A DNA stretch of 64,000 bases, from positions 64,361 to 128,360 of the forward strand of contig CACFEW010000001.1 in NCBI GenBank assembly GCA_902565385.1. Reading direction: 5' to 3'. The position numbers and the translations under genes were made by a program. Source of the stretch: an uncultured Pelagibacteraceae bacterium (GTDB lineage Bacteria > Pseudomonadota > Alphaproteobacteria > Pelagibacterales > Pelagibacteraceae). The notes below the pieces were generated by a model that searched no databases, was not told the DNA's origin, and saw only the letters and a list, made by a program, of their open reading frames with translations. Below, piece after piece: positions 1 to 11,399 of the stretch. Position 1 is the stretch's first letter. Each line of letters opens with the position of its first letter.

Positions 1-618
1 ACTCTTACCAGTAGATGTTCCAGCAGATACAATAAATTTAGAAGCTTCTTCAAAAGTCATATTAAGATATATAACCTCTTCGATTGGGAACATTAGTAAG
101 AAACCGCTTGTGGGGTTTGGTGTTGTCGGAACAAAAACGTTAATTAACTTCTTGTTAGTTTTCTCAGCCATCTCACCTTTATTTTCTTTTGTTGCAAAAC
201 CAACTGCCCAAACACCTTTTCTAGGATACTCGACCAAAACAACACTTTTTTTGTCGTTCTGGTCTTTGTTAGAGAATGTTTCTGTCATTTGAACTATTGC
301 AGAATAAATTGTTCTCAGAACAGGAATTCTTTTGAATAGGTCATCTATAAGTTTAAGAATTCGTTTACCCAAAAAAGATAAAGATAAACCTCCAACAATG
401 GTAATAATAATTACTGAAAGTATTATTTCTAATCCAGGAATTTCAAATGGTAAATAACTATTTGGATTTATATTTTCTGGAATTACTTTAGATGAAATCC
501 CGATTAATATTTTACTTAGATATAAAGTAAAACCAATAGGTATTAAAACTACTACACCGGTAATAAAATAATTTCTAAGAATTAAACTAATTGATTTTTT
601 TTTCCTCTGTTTTGCCAT
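1..618 (-). CDS. DUF502 family membrane protein (stop codon lies just outside window)
   Basis: Manual translation from ATG at 618: MAKQRKKKSISLILRNYFITGVVVLIPIGFT...VLVEYPRKGVWAVGFAT...VFVPTTPNPTSGFL; typical DUF502 motifs. Confidence 0.85.
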   Translation of the reverse strand, partial: MAKQRKKKSISLILRNYFITGVVVLIPIGFTLYLSKILIGISSKVIPENINPNSYLPFEIPGLEIILSVIIITIVGGLSLSFLGKRILKLIDDLFKRIPVLRTIYSAIVQMTETFSNKDQNDKKSVVLVEYPRKGVWAVGFATKENKGEMAEKTNKKLINVFVPTTPNPTSGFLLMFPIEEVIYLNMTFEEASKFIVSAGTSTGKS

Positions 619-712
619 TATCTAAAACTCGAAAATATCACAAAAGCTATTGCTATTATGAATAATATTAATAATATTTTATTATTTAGATTCATTATTA
701 TATATAATACCA

Positions 713-1546
713 ATGTCTTACAAAATGAATAGAAGAAAATTTTTAACTTATGTAGGCTGTGGTTGTTGTGGTTTTGTAATTAACTCTTGTACAACCGCTC
801 CCATTACGGATAGAAAACAATTAAAGCTGATCCCTGAGGGAAAATTAAATGCTCAGGCCGCTCAAATTTATGAAAAAGTAAAAGAAAAAGAAAAATTAAT
901 CAAAGATACACAGTCAATTAAAGAAATAAAAGAAATAGGAAAAAAAATGGAAGATGCAATATCAATTTATTTTGATAAATCAAATCTTCCAGATCCAACT
1001 GCCAATTTTAAGTGGGAATATATCTTAATAGATAATGAAAAAGTTAAAAACGCTTGGTGCATGCCAGGAGGTAAAATTGCTGTTTATAGTGGAATGCTTA
1101 AAATTACAAAAAATACAAATGGATTAGCAGCTGTTATGGGTCATGAGATTGCTCATGCTGTTGCAAAACACTCCGTTGAAAGAGCAAGTCGTGGTGTTCT
1201 AGTACAAACAGGTACTACTCTTATTGATATTTTTAGTGGAGGTGCTTTAAGTCAAATTAATAGGTCAACTGGTATGGATACCGTTGGTCTTATTTCCTCG
1301 ATTGGTATAATGAATCCTTTCAATAGAAAACAAGAGAGTGAGGCCGATTATCTAGGTATGATTTTTTCTTCTTTGTCTGGTTATGATATTAGAGAAACTG
1401 AAAAAATATGGGAAAGAATGAAAGAGGCAAATAAAGGGAAAGAACCACCTCAATTTATCAGTACTCATCCTTCATCTGATAGTAGAATAAGAAACATACA
1501 AACTTGGTTAAACGAAATAATTTTGCAATACCCACCAATCGCTTAA
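713..1546 (+). CDS. M48 family zinc metallopeptidase, probable Tat-exported lipoprotein
   Basis: NAWCMPGGKI, GHEIAH (HExxH), QESEAD and STHP motifs; N-terminal NRRKFL and lipobox-like Cys. Confidence 0.9.
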   Translation: MSYKMNRRKFLTYVGCGCCGFVINSCTTAPITDRKQLKLIPEGKLNAQAAQIYEKVKEKEKLIKDTQSIKEIKEIGKKMEDAISIYFDKSNLPDPTANFKWEYILIDNEKVKNAWCMPGGKIAVYSGMLKITKNTNGLAAVMGHEIAHAVAKHSVERASRGVLVQTGTTLIDIFSGGALSQINRSTGMDTVGLISSIGIMNPFNRKQESEADYLGMIFSSLSGYDIRETEKIWERMKEANKGKEPPQFISTHPSSDSRIRNIQTWLNEIILQYPPIA

Positions 1547-1550
1547 AATA

Positions 1551-1626
<76 letters not shown>

Positions 1627-1705
1627 ATATTCACTTCAGGATGAAATCTATATATAGAATAATCTAAATATTTCAAACACGAATTTAAAAAAATAACTGA
1701 ACTAT

Positions 1706-2812
1706 TTACAACTTATCTATGTATTTATCATGAAAAGTATCAAATGTGTCATTTTGGATATTTTCTCTAATCGCTCTCATTAATTCTTGATAGAAATTTA
1801 TATTATGTAAAGTTAACAACATTGATCCAAGAATCTCATTTGTATTGAACAAGTGATTTAGATAATTTTTAGAATATTTATTCAAATTTAGGTTTTTACA
1901 CTCTGGGTCTAGAGGAGTATTGTCATCTTGGTATTTATTATTTTTAATATTTACTCTTCCCTGCCAAGTAAAAGCAAGTCCAGTTCTACCTGATCTAGTT
2001 GGAAGAACACAATCGAACATATCAACACCTCTTTTGACAGCGCCCAAAATATCATTTGGAGTACCTACACCCATTAAATAGTGAGGTTTATCATCAGGTA
2101 AATGTTCCTTAATGTCGTCTAAAACAGTGAACATCTCATCTTGAGTTTCTCCTACAGCTAGACCACCTAATGCATAACCATCAAATCCAATTTCCAAAAG
2201 TCCTTTTAAGGATTTTTGTCTCAAATCTTTAAATAAACCTCCTTGTACAATACCAAATAAAGCTTTGTGAGGGTTATGTCCAAAGGCTTTCTTAGATCTT
2301 TCAGCCCAATACAAAGACAAATTCATAGATTTATCTATAGTTTGATAGTCATTTGTTTTTTTTGGACACTCATCCATAACCATTACAATATCTGAATTAA
2401 GTCCTAATTGAATTTTTATACTTTCCTCTGGACTAAGATAAAATTTTTTTCCATCAATATGAGAATTAAAAATTGCCCCTTTTTCTTTATCTATTTTGTT
2501 CAGTTTTGATAAAGACATGACTTGAAAGCCACCAGAGTCTGTAAGAATTGGTAAATCACAATTCATAAATTTGTGAAGTCCACCGGCATCTTCAATTCTT
2601 TTAACACCTGGTCGTATCATTAAATGATAAGTATTTGATAGAATAATTTGAGAACCAGTTTTTTTTATATCATCTATTGTACAAGCTTTTACTGTAGCTT
2701 GAGTTCCGACAGGCATAAAAACTGGTGTTTCAATTTTACCTCTGTGAGTTTCGATTAAACCCCGTCTTGCAAATTTATTTTTTTTTAAAACTTTAAATTC
2801 AAATTTTTTCAA
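1706..2812 (-). CDS. tgt: tRNA-guanine transglycosylase
   Basis: TPVFMPVGT, LTDSGGFQV, FDCVLPTR motifs. Confidence 0.97.
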   Translation of the reverse strand: MKKFEFKVLKKNKFARRGLIETHRGKIETPVFMPVGTQATVKACTIDDIKKTGSQIILSNTYHLMIRPGVKRIEDAGGLHKFMNCDLPILTDSGGFQVMSLSKLNKIDKEKGAIFNSHIDGKKFYLSPEESIKIQLGLNSDIVMVMDECPKKTNDYQTIDKSMNLSLYWAERSKKAFGHNPHKALFGIVQGGLFKDLRQKSLKGLLEIGFDGYALGGLAVGETQDEMFTVLDDIKEHLPDDKPHYLMGVGTPNDILGAVKRGVDMFDCVLPTRSGRTGLAFTWQGRVNIKNNKYQDDNTPLDPECKNLNLNKYSKNYLNHLFNTNEILGSMLLTLHNINFYQELMRAIRENIQNDTFDTFHDKYIDKL

Positions 2813-2826
2813 TTGAAATTAGAATA

Positions 2827-3387
2827 TTATAAAGATTTGAAACTAATAATTTTATCAGGATCTATTACTGCACCATTATTATTTTCATCACCCCTTTTGA
2901 TCTTATCAACAAATTCCATTCCTTCGATAACTTTTCCAAATACAGTATATTGATTATCAAGAAATGGTGCTGGTTTAAAACATATAAAAAATTGACTATT
3001 CGCACTATTAGGATCTGATGATCTAGCCATAGACAATGTACCTCGATCATGTGGAAGATTACTAAATTCCTGTTTAAGATCAGGTAAATCAGATCCACCC
3101 ATTCCAGCCCTTCCTAAGTCAAAATCATTTGAATTTGAGTTACCAAATTTAATATCGCCTGTTTGTGCCATAAAGCCATCAATAACTCTATGAAACACCA
3201 CATTGTCATACTTGCCAGCATCAGCCAATTCTTTAATTCTTTTGACATGATTGGGTGCTGTATCTGAAAATAATTCTATCTTCACGTCACCATCTTTTAA
3301 TTTTAAAATCATTATATTCTCCTCTGTTAACGATTGATTAATTGTAAATAAAAAAATAATTAATATCTTTATTAAGAGTTTACTCAT
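2827..3387 (-). CDS. cyclophilin-type peptidyl-prolyl isomerase with signal peptide
   Basis: FHRVIDGFMAQTGD, SMAR, ANSQFFI, QYTVFG motifs. Confidence 0.95.
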   Translation of the reverse strand: MSKLLIKILIIFLFTINQSLTEENIMILKLKDGDVKIELFSDTAPNHVKRIKELADAGKYDNVVFHRVIDGFMAQTGDIKFGNSNSNDFDLGRAGMGGSDLPDLKQEFSNLPHDRGTLSMARSSDPNSANSQFFICFKPAPFLDNQYTVFGKVIEGMEFVDKIKRGDENNNGAVIDPDKIISFKSL

Positions 3388-3874
3388 ATTTATCTTTCAA
3401 AGCTTTAATAGTACTCTTAGTTGTAAATTTTTTTATATCTCCATTAAGTTTAATGATTTCTTTAACAAATTTTGAAGAAATAATTTGATTTTCAACATCC
3501 GACATTAGAAATAAAGTTTCAATATTATTATTCAATTTTCTATTCATACCAGCTAGTTGAAACTCGTATTCAAAATCTGATACTGCTCTTAGGCCTCTCA
3601 ATATAATATTTGATTTGTATTTTTTACAAAGACTAGTTGTTAATGATTTAAATGAAATCAAAGTTATTTTTTTTTTATTCATTTTTAGATCTTTAAAAAG
3701 AGCATTTCTTACAATTTCTAATCTTTCCTCAGCATCAAAAAGATAATCTTTATTTTCACCATCTGATACCGCCACAACAATTTTATCAAATAATTTTAAT
3801 GCCTTTTTTATTACATCAATATGACCAAAAGTAATTGGATCAAAAGTACCTGGATAGATTGCTGTCTTAGACAT
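3380..3874 (-). CDS. coaD: pantetheine-phosphate adenylyltransferase
   Basis: YPGTFDPITFGH, RGLRAVSDFEYE motifs. Confidence 0.97.
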   Translation of the reverse strand: MSKTAIYPGTFDPITFGHIDVIKKALKLFDKIVVAVSDGENKDYLFDAEERLEIVRNALFKDLKMNKKKITLISFKSLTTSLCKKYKSNIILRGLRAVSDFEYEFQLAGMNRKLNNNIETLFLMSDVENQIISSKFVKEIIKLNGDIKKFTTKSTIKALKDKYE

Positions 3875-6453
3875 TATATTAAATTATCATCAATTTTAAT
3901 TGCTGAAACAACTTTTTCATCACCAGATAACTTAATTATTCTTACTCCTTGTGTATTTCTTCCGGCTGTTCTGATTTCTTTGACAGCTAACCTTATCACT
4001 CTACCCTTGTTTGTAGAAATCATTATTTCATCTCCCTCATATACAGGAAACGATGATGCAATATTCCCATTTCTCGGTGAATTAATTATTCCAATAATTC
4101 CTTTACCACCTCTATTTGTTGTTCTGTAGTCATAATGAGAGGTTTTTTTGCCAAAACCATTTTCACTAATAGATAAAATAAATTTTTGTTTTGCCGCTAA
4201 TTCAGACTTATCATCTTTTGTATTTTTTCCATTTCTCTTTAACTTATTATTATCAATAATTGATAAGGAGACTATTTCATCATTAGATGTTAATTCTATT
4301 CCCTTTATACCTTTTGATGATCTTCCCTTAAATATTCTTAACTTTTTAGACTCAAATCTAATACACTTTCCAAATTTTGTACTTAAGATTATATCTTGAT
4401 CATCTTTACAAATCTTAACTCCAATTATTTTATCATTAGTATCTAGCTTCATTGCTATTTTTCCTGATGTATTAATTGAAGCGAAATCTTCCAAACTATT
4501 TTTTCTAACTTTGCCTTGTGAAGTTGCAAAAACTATCTGATATTTACTTGAATCTTCATCACTTTCAGGAAATGGCATAATTGAACTTATTGATTGATGA
4601 TTTTTAAGTGGCAAAATATTGAATAAAGATTTGCCTTTTGATGATGCTGAACCTTCAGGTATTTTCCATGCTTTTATTTTATAAACAAGACCTTCAGTAG
4701 AAAAAAATAGAACAGAAGTATGAGTATTAACTGATAGAGTTTGAACTACAGAGTCTTCATTTCTAGTGGTGATACCAGTTTTACCTTTACCTCCTCTTTT
4801 TTGAATTTTTACAGTTTTAAGTGATCCTCTTTTTATATACCCTTGTAAGGTAACAGTTATAAGAACAGTTTCTTTTTGTATCGTTTCCTCAATGTCGTAA
4901 TTTAGTACTGCATCAATAATTTTTGTTCTTCGTGGTATAGCGTACTTTTCTTTTATTACTTTAAGTTCGTTGCTGATTACTTTTAATAATTCTTTTTTTG
5001 AAGATATAATTTTTTTCAGTGAGGAAATTAATTCAGAAAGTTTTTTTATTTCAACTTCTATCTCATTAATACCAAGTGCTGTTAATTTTTGTAATCTTAA
5101 TTCCAATATAGCTTCAACTTGTACAACTGATAAATTATATACACCTTTTGAATTTTTGCTCTCTATCAGTGAAACCATTTTTTTTGATTTATTTATTTTC
5201 CATTTTGTATTTAATAAAGACTTTTTTGCATCATCTGGATTTTTTGAACCTCTTATAATCTTTATAACTTTATCTAAATTCTCAACAGATACAGATAGAC
5301 CAATTAAGACATGTGCTCTATCTTCTGCTTTGTTTAGATCAAATTTTGATTTCTTTAGTACAACATCTTCTCTAAATTCTAAAAAATTCTCTAAAAATTC
5401 TTTAAGATTACAAGTCTTTGGCTTACCATCTACAATAGCAAGAGTATTAAACCCAAATGAACTTTCTATTTGAGTGTTCTTGTATAATTGCCTTTTAACA
5501 GTCTCAGGTTCAACGCCTGTTCTTAAATCTATTGAAACTCTGATGCCTTCTCTATTGGACTCGTCTCGTATATCTCTAATACCTTCTATTTTTTTTTCTC
5601 TAACTAATTGAGCTATTCTTTCATTCAACACAGATTTATTAACCTGATAAGGAATAGAATTTATAACTAATCTATCTCTACCATTTTTAAGAGTTTCATT
5701 TGATATTTCACCTCTAATTTTAAAAGAACCTCTACCTTTGTTGTAACCCTGTTTAATAATATCTTTACCAATAATTACGCCACCTGTAGGAAAATCAGGC
5801 CCAGGTATATGCTTCATTAAATCTTTAATCTTTATATCTTTGTTATCAATTAAAGCTAATGTGCCATTAATAATCTCTCCTAAGTTATGAGGTGGAATAC
5901 TTGTCGCCATACCAACGGCGATACCCCCTGCTCCATTTACTAATAAATTTGGAAACTGCGCAGGCAATACAGACGGCTCTTTTTCTGTTTCATCATAATT
6001 ACTTTTAAAATCGATTGTATTTTTTTCGATATCATCGATTAGGAATTGTGAGACTTTTGATAATCTAGTTTCTGTGTATCTCATAGCGGCTGCTGGATCA
6101 CCATCTATAGATCCAAAATTTCCTTGACCATCTACGAGAGGTAAGCTCATTGAAAAATCTTGAACCATACGAACAAGAGCGTCATAAACTGATTGATCAC
6201 CATGTGGGTGATATTTACCAATTACATCTCCAACTATTCTTGCAGATTTTCTAAATTGTTTTGACCAATCATAGCCGCCTTTATACATTGCGTATAATAT
6301 TCTTCTATGTACAGGTTTTAAGCCATCTCTAACATCTGGTAGAGCTCTACTTACAATTACACTCATTGCATATGATAGATAAGATGAACTCATCTCATCA
6401 TGCATTGAAATTAGTTTTATATTTTTATCTTTAGAAACTTCGTTTTTTTCCAT
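3874..6453 (-). CDS. gyrA: DNA gyrase subunit A
   Basis: [16 protein letters not shown], GyrA box QKRGGKG. Confidence 0.98.
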   Translation of the reverse strand: MEKNEVSKDKNIKLISMHDEMSSSYLSYAMSVIVSRALPDVRDGLKPVHRRILYAMYKGGYDWSKQFRKSARIVGDVIGKYHPHGDQSVYDALVRMVQDFSMSLPLVDGQGNFGSIDGDPAAAMRYTETRLSKVSQFLIDDIEKNTIDFKSNYDETEKEPSVLPAQFPNLLVNGAGGIAVGMATSIPPHNLGEIINGTLALIDNKDIKIKDLMKHIPGPDFPTGGVIIGKDIIKQGYNKGRGSFKIRGEISNETLKNGRDRLVINSIPYQVNKSVLNERIAQLVREKKIEGIRDIRDESNREGIRVSIDLRTGVEPETVKRQLYKNTQIESSFGFNTLAIVDGKPKTCNLKEFLENFLEFREDVVLKKSKFDLNKAEDRAHVLIGLSVSVENLDKVIKIIRGSKNPDDAKKSLLNTKWKINKSKKMVSLIESKNSKGVYNLSVVQVEAILELRLQKLTALGINEIEVEIKKLSELISSLKKIISSKKELLKVISNELKVIKEKYAIPRRTKIIDAVLNYDIEETIQKETVLITVTLQGYIKRGSLKTVKIQKRGGKGKTGITTRNEDSVVQTLSVNTHTSVLFFSTEGLVYKIKAWKIPEGSASSKGKSLFNILPLKNHQSISSIMPFPESDEDSSKYQIVFATSQGKVRKNSLEDFASINTSGKIAMKLDTNDKIIGVKICKDDQDIILSTKFGKCIRFESKKLRIFKGRSSKGIKGIELTSNDEIVSLSIIDNNKLKRNGKNTKDDKSELAAKQKFILSISENGFGKKTSHYDYRTTNRGGKGIIGIINSPRNGNIASSFPVYEGDEIMISTNKGRVIRLAVKEIRTAGRNTQGVRIIKLSGDEKVVSAIKIDDNLI

Positions 6454-6458
6454 AATGA

Positions 6459-6914
6459 TTAGAATGGAATATCGTCGTCCATATCATTTTGTACTTGAGA
6501 TAAATCCTCAGTATTATTTGATACTTGTGAATTGTCATTTGCTATACCACCACTAGAATTTCCACCTCCGAGCATAGTTAGAGATGAATTGTAACCTTGT
6601 ATAACTACTTCAGTTGAATATTTGTCTTGTCCCGATTGTTCATCCTTCCATTTTCTTGTTGATATTTGACCCTCAACATAAACTTGAGCACCTTTTTTAA
6701 GATATTGTTGAACAACATTTACTAAACCTTCATTAAATACAACTATACGGTGCCATTCAGTTTTTTCTTTTTTTTCACCTGTATTTTTATCTTTCCATGA
6801 TTGACTTGTTGCGAGACTTAATCTTGCAACGCTCTTTCCATTCACCATTTGCTTGATTTCAGGATCTGCGCCTAAACGACCAATTAAAAGTACTTTATTT
6901 AAACTTCCAGCCAT
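6459..6914 (-). CDS. ssb: single-stranded DNA-binding protein
   Basis: [15 protein letters not shown]-terminal DDDIPF. Confidence 0.98.
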   Translation of the reverse strand: MAGSLNKVLLIGRLGADPEIKQMVNGKSVARLSLATSQSWKDKNTGEKKEKTEWHRIVVFNEGLVNVVQQYLKKGAQVYVEGQISTRKWKDEQSGQDKYSTEVVIQGYNSSLTMLGGGNSSGGIANDNSQVSNNTEDLSQVQNDMDDDIPF

Positions 6915-7004
6915 AATATTTTAATATTTATTTTATTAGTTAATTAATTTATATCACAATTTTACTCTGAATATTAATTTTATTAGGCCAAAGCAACATA
7001 AATA

Positions 7005-9860
7005 ATGATTAAAAAGATAGTTATAAAGGGTGCAAAAGAACATAATTTAAAAAATATATCTTTAGTAATTCCAAAAGATAAATTTATTGTAATTACCGGA
7101 TTATCTGGATCTGGAAAATCATCGTTAGCTTTTGATACAATTTATGCAGAAGGTCAAAGAAGATATGTTGAGAGTTTATCAGCATACGCGAGACAATTCT
7201 TAGATAAAATGAGAAAACCAAATGTAGATCTTATAGAAGGTTTAAGCCCTGCTATATCAATAGAGCAAAAGAATACATCAAAAAATCCTAGATCTACAGT
7301 TGCAACTGTAACTGAAATTTATGATTATATGAGAGTATTGTACGCTAGAGCTGGAATTCCATACTCACCGTTTACTGGAAAACCAATCGAGTCACAAACC
7401 GTAAGTCAAATAGTAGATAAAATTAAAAAATTACCAAAAAAATCAACAATTTATTTATATGCACCTGTAGTTAGAGGTAGAAAAGGTGAATATAGAAAAG
7501 AAATTTTAAATTATAAAAAAAGAGGTTTTAGAAAAATTAAAATTGATGACGTTTTATATGATATTGAAAAAGCTCCAGAACTAAATAAGAAAATAAAACA
7601 TGATATTTCAATACTTGTCGACAGAATAGTTTTGAACTCAAGCTTAGGAAATAGACTTGCAGAGGGTATAGAAACTTCAATACAACTTGCTAATGGCTTA
7701 TTATTTGTTGAATATGAAGACGAAACTTTGCCAAAAAAATTTAGAAAGTTAGAAAAGTTAATTTTTTCAACAAAATTTGCCTGCCCTGAAAGCGGATTTA
7801 CTATAGAAGAAATTGAGCCAAGATTATTTTCATTCAATAGTCCATTTGGTGCTTGTGAAGAGTGTGAGGGCATTGGCATAAAACTTAATGTTGATCCAAA
7901 TTTAGTTATACCGAATGAGAAAAAAAGCATAAGTGATGGTGCGATTGAACCATGGGCAAAAACAACGACACTATATTATGCTCAAACATTAAGCTCTCTT
8001 GCCAGACATTATGGATTTTCTCTAGAAGAAAAATGGTCAAAATTACCAAAAAAGATAAAAGATATTATTCTTTATGGATCTGATGATGAAGAAATAAAAT
8101 TTACATATGATGATGGCTATGAGAAATATTCACATAAAAAAACTTTTGAAGGCGTTATAAACAATTTAGAAAGAAGATATTTAGAAACAGACAGTGATTG
8201 GAAAAGAGAAGAAATCGCCCAATATCAATCAGATACAAAATGTGAAAGATGCAATGGTCACAGATTAAAAGATGAGGCTTTATGCGTGAAGATAGATGGT
8301 CTTCATATTAGCGAAGTTACAGAAAAATCAATTTCAGATGCAGCAGTATGGTTTGATAATTTAAAGAATAATTTAGATAAAAGACAAGTAAAAATTGCTG
8401 AACATATTTTAAAAGAAATCAACGAAAGATTAAATTTTTTACTCAATGTTGGTCTTGATTATTTAACACTGTCCAGAGAGTCTGGAACCTTATCTGGTGG
8501 TGAAGCACAAAGAATAAGATTAGCATCACAAATTGGTTCTGGATTAACAGGCGTTTTATATGTTTTAGATGAACCTTCAATTGGTCTTCATCAAAAAGAT
8601 AATGTAAAACTAATCAATGCTTTAAAAAGATTACGAGATTTAGGCAATACAGTTATTGTAGTTGAACATGATACTGAAACAATGGAAAACGCAGATCATA
8701 TAATTGATCTTGGTCCAGAGGCTGGCAACAAAGGTGGTGAAGTTATTGCTCAAGGCTCAATAAAAGAAATAAGCCAAAATCAAAACAGCATTACTGGAAA
8801 ATATCTATCAAACAAGTTCAAAATAAATGTGCCCTCAAAGCGGAGACTAGCCAAAAATGGAAGATTTTTAGAAATTACTGGTGCAACAGGTAATAATCTA
8901 AATAATGTAAATTTGAAAATTCCATTAGGAAGTTTAACTTGCGTAACAGGAGTATCTGGAAGTGGTAAATCAACTCTTGTATTGCAGACTCTTTATAACG
9001 CTTTAAATCTTACATTAAATAATAATAAATCTAGAAAAATTCCAAAACCCTTTAAGGGTTTTAAAGGAACAGAGTTGGTTGATAAGATTATCGATATTGA
9101 TCAGTCTCCTATAGGAAGGACACCAAGATCTAATCCAGCAACTTATACAGGTGCATTTGGTCCTATTAGAGATTGGTTTACAGGATTACCAGAGTCAAAA
9201 TCTAGAGGTTATAAACCTGGAAGATTTTCATTTAATGTTAAGGGTGGTAGATGTGAAGCCTGTGAGGGAGATGGGGTTATTACTTATGAAATGCACTTTC
9301 TTCCAGATGTTTATATTCAATGTGACGAATGTAAAGGCACCAGATATAACAGAGAAACTTTAGAAATTAAGTTTAAAGATAAAAGTATCGCTGATGTTTT
9401 GAATATGACTGTTGATGAGGGATGCGATTATTTTGAAAATATATCCAATATCAAAACAAAATTACTTACACTAAAAAAAGTTGGTTTAGGGTATATCAAA
9501 ATTGGTCAACAAGCTACAACATTATCAGGTGGTGAAGCTCAAAGAATTAAATTAGCTAAGGAATTATCTAAGAGATCTACAGGTAGAACTATGTATATAC
9601 TTGACGAACCAACTACTGGTTTACATCAACATGATATTAAAAAGTTACTTGAAATTCTTCATACATTTGTGGCTTTAGGAAATACTGTTGTCGTAATTGA
9701 ACACAACTTAGATGTAATAAAAACAGCAGATTATATTGTTGACATGGGCCCTGAAGGCGGTGTCAAAGGTGGAAAAATTATCGCAGAAGGAAAGCCAGAG
9801 GAAATTTGTAAAATCAAAGAGAGTTATACGGGAAAATTTTTAAAACCCTTATTAAATTGA
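7005..9860 (+). CDS. uvrA: excinuclease ABC subunit A
   Basis: Two Walker A motifs ([16 protein letters not shown]), two LSGGEAQR signatures, zinc fingers. Confidence 0.98.
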   Translation: MIKKIVIKGAKEHNLKNISLVIPKDKFIVITGLSGSGKSSLAFDTIYAEGQRRYVESLSAYARQFLDKMRKPNVDLIEGLSPAISIEQKNTSKNPRSTVATVTEIYDYMRVLYARAGIPYSPFTGKPIESQTVSQIVDKIKKLPKKSTIYLYAPVVRGRKGEYRKEILNYKKRGFRKIKIDDVLYDIEKAPELNKKIKHDISILVDRIVLNSSLGNRLAEGIETSIQLANGLLFVEYEDETLPKKFRKLEKLIFSTKFACPESGFTIEEIEPRLFSFNSPFGACEECEGIGIKLNVDPNLVIPNEKKSISDGAIEPWAKTTTLYYAQTLSSLARHYGFSLEEKWSKLPKKIKDIILYGSDDEEIKFTYDDGYEKYSHKKTFEGVINNLERRYLETDSDWKREEIAQYQSDTKCERCNGHRLKDEALCVKIDGLHISEVTEKSISDAAVWFDNLKNNLDKRQVKIAEHILKEINERLNFLLNVGLDYLTLSRESGTLSGGEAQRIRLASQIGSGLTGVLYVLDEPSIGLHQKDNVKLINALKRLRDLGNTVIVVEHDTETMENADHIIDLGPEAGNKGGEVIAQGSIKEISQNQNSITGKYLSNKFKINVPSKRRLAKNGRFLEITGATGNNLNNVNLKIPLGSLTCVTGVSGSGKSTLVLQTLYNALNLTLNNNKSRKIPKPFKGFKGTELVDKIIDIDQSPIGRTPRSNPATYTGAFGPIRDWFTGLPESKSRGYKPGRFSFNVKGGRCEACEGDGVITYEMHFLPDVYIQCDECKGTRYNRETLEIKFKDKSIADVLNMTVDEGCDYFENISNIKTKLLTLKKVGLGYIKIGQQATTLSGGEAQRIKLAKELSKRSTGRTMYILDEPTTGLHQHDIKKLLEILHTFVALGNTVVVIEHNLDVIKTADYIVDMGPEGGVKGGKIIAEGKPEEICKIKESYTGKFLKPLLN

Positions 9861-9912
9861 GGCAATTTATGGGGTTAAATTGATACAGATTTAGTGTATA
9901 AACGCTACTCGT

Positions 9913-10515
9913 ATGGGAAATATACTTTCATCTTTATCTAAAACAATTCACACCTCAGTAATTTTGGCAATTATTTTATTTGTTGGTTTTTTTTATCATA
10001 ACGATGGATTTGCTTTTGACCAAATTTTTTGGAGTTGGGTTGCAAGATATACACATGTTCTTGTTGGCATAATGTGGATAGGTCTTTTATGGTATTTTAA
10101 TTTTGTTCAAATACCAAATATGGCCAAAATTCCAGATGAACAAAAACCAGCTATAGGAAAAGTTATAGCCCCAGCAGCACTTTTTTACTTTAGATGGGCT
10201 GCAGCTTTCACAGTTATATCGGGTCTTATTCTTGCGTGGCTAAATGGCTATCTTCACGATGCTATGACTCTTAGTTTAGGCTCAGGTATTCCAAAACATA
10301 CTGCAATTGGTATTGGAATGTGGCTAGGACTTATAATGGCTTTTAATGTCTGGTTTGTTATATGGCCAAATCAAAAAAGAGCTTTGGGAATTGTTGAATG
10401 TGAACCTGATTTAAAAGCGAAATCAGCAAAAACAGCAATGTTATTCTCAAGAACAAATACTTTATTATCGATACCAATGCTGCTTACTATGGTAGCAGCT
10501 CAAAACTTGTATTAA
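9913..10515 (+). CDS. urate hydroxylase PuuD-like (DUF989) membrane protein, no cytochrome c domain
   Basis: HVLVGIMWIGLLWYFNFVQ, FRWAA, NVWFVIWPNQK, SRTNT motifs; no CxxCH. Confidence 0.7.
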   Translation: MGNILSSLSKTIHTSVILAIILFVGFFYHNDGFAFDQIFWSWVARYTHVLVGIMWIGLLWYFNFVQIPNMAKIPDEQKPAIGKVIAPAALFYFRWAAAFTVISGLILAWLNGYLHDAMTLSLGSGIPKHTAIGIGMWLGLIMAFNVWFVIWPNQKRALGIVECEPDLKAKSAKTAMLFSRTNTLLSIPMLLTMVAAQNLY

Positions 10516-11399
10516 TTTTTATTATCTTCTTTAATTACAGTTTTTTGAGTAACATTAAGTCTTACCAAAACTGTATTTGCGATATAAATTGATGAATACG
10601 TTCCAAAAATGACTCCAAATATCATTGCTAAAGAAAAACCTTTTAAAACCTCACCACCAAAAAAGAATATTGAAAGTAATGCTAATAGAGTTGTGATTGA
10701 TGTTATCAAAGTTCTAGATAAAGTTTCATTAATTGAAATATTGGTCAGTTCAAAAATTTTGATATCTGAGTATTTTCTCAAATTTTCTCTCACCCTGTCA
10801 AAAATAACGACAGTATCATTCATTGAATATCCAACTATGGTTAACACAGCTGCAATTATTGATAAATTAATCTCTAGGCCTAATAAAGAAAAGAGACCAA
10901 GCGTAACAATAACGTCATGAAATAAAGCTATAATAGCACCTAAGCTAAATTGCCATTCAAATCTTATCCAAATATAGACAAGCATTAAAAACAAAGCTAC
11001 TGATATTGCAATAACACCTGATCTTAATAATTCAGCACTTACTTTAGGACCAACATTTTCTACACGTCTAAAATTGAAGTTGTTCCCAAATGATTTGTCC
11101 AAATTCTTCTTAATTTCCTCAATTACATTTTTATTTTCATTATTTTCAAACTTAATTAAAAAATCAGTTTCATTACCAAAGTTTTTAACAGATACATCAC
11201 CCAAATTCATTTGACTTAAATTGTCTCTTAGTGAGGAAACATTAATCTTATTAACTGTAGATCTTAATTCAATAAGAGTTCCACCTTTAAAATCTATTCC
11301 AAAATTTAAACCTTTAAATGTAAGTAACAATAAAGAAACGATCACTAAAGATACTGAAAGAATATTAAATTTATTGTAATATTTATTAAAGGCAATCAT
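10512..11399 (-). CDS. secF: protein translocase subunit SecF
   Basis: GIDFKGG, GYSMNDTVVIFDRVRE. Confidence 0.96.
   Translation of the reverse strand: MIAFNKYYNKFNILSVSLVIVSLLLLTFKGLNFGIDFKGGTLIELRSTVNKINVSSLRDNLSQMNLGDVSVKNFGNETDFLIKFENNENKNVIEEIKKNLDKSFGNNFNFRRVENVGPKVSAELLRSGVIAISVALFLMLVYIWIRFEWQFSLGAIIALFHDVIVTLGLFSLLGLEINLSIIAAVLTIVGYSMNDTVVIFDRVRENLRKYSDIKIFELTNISINETLSRTLITSITTLLALLSIFFFGGEVLKGFSLAMIFGVIFGTYSSIYIANTVLVRLNVTQKTVIKEDNKN

Noticed and set aside
6915-7004. LexA (SOS) box expected in the ssb-uvrA divergent promoter
   Set aside because: No GTTC-N7-GTTC/GAAC-N7-GAAC alphaproteobacterial motif is visible.
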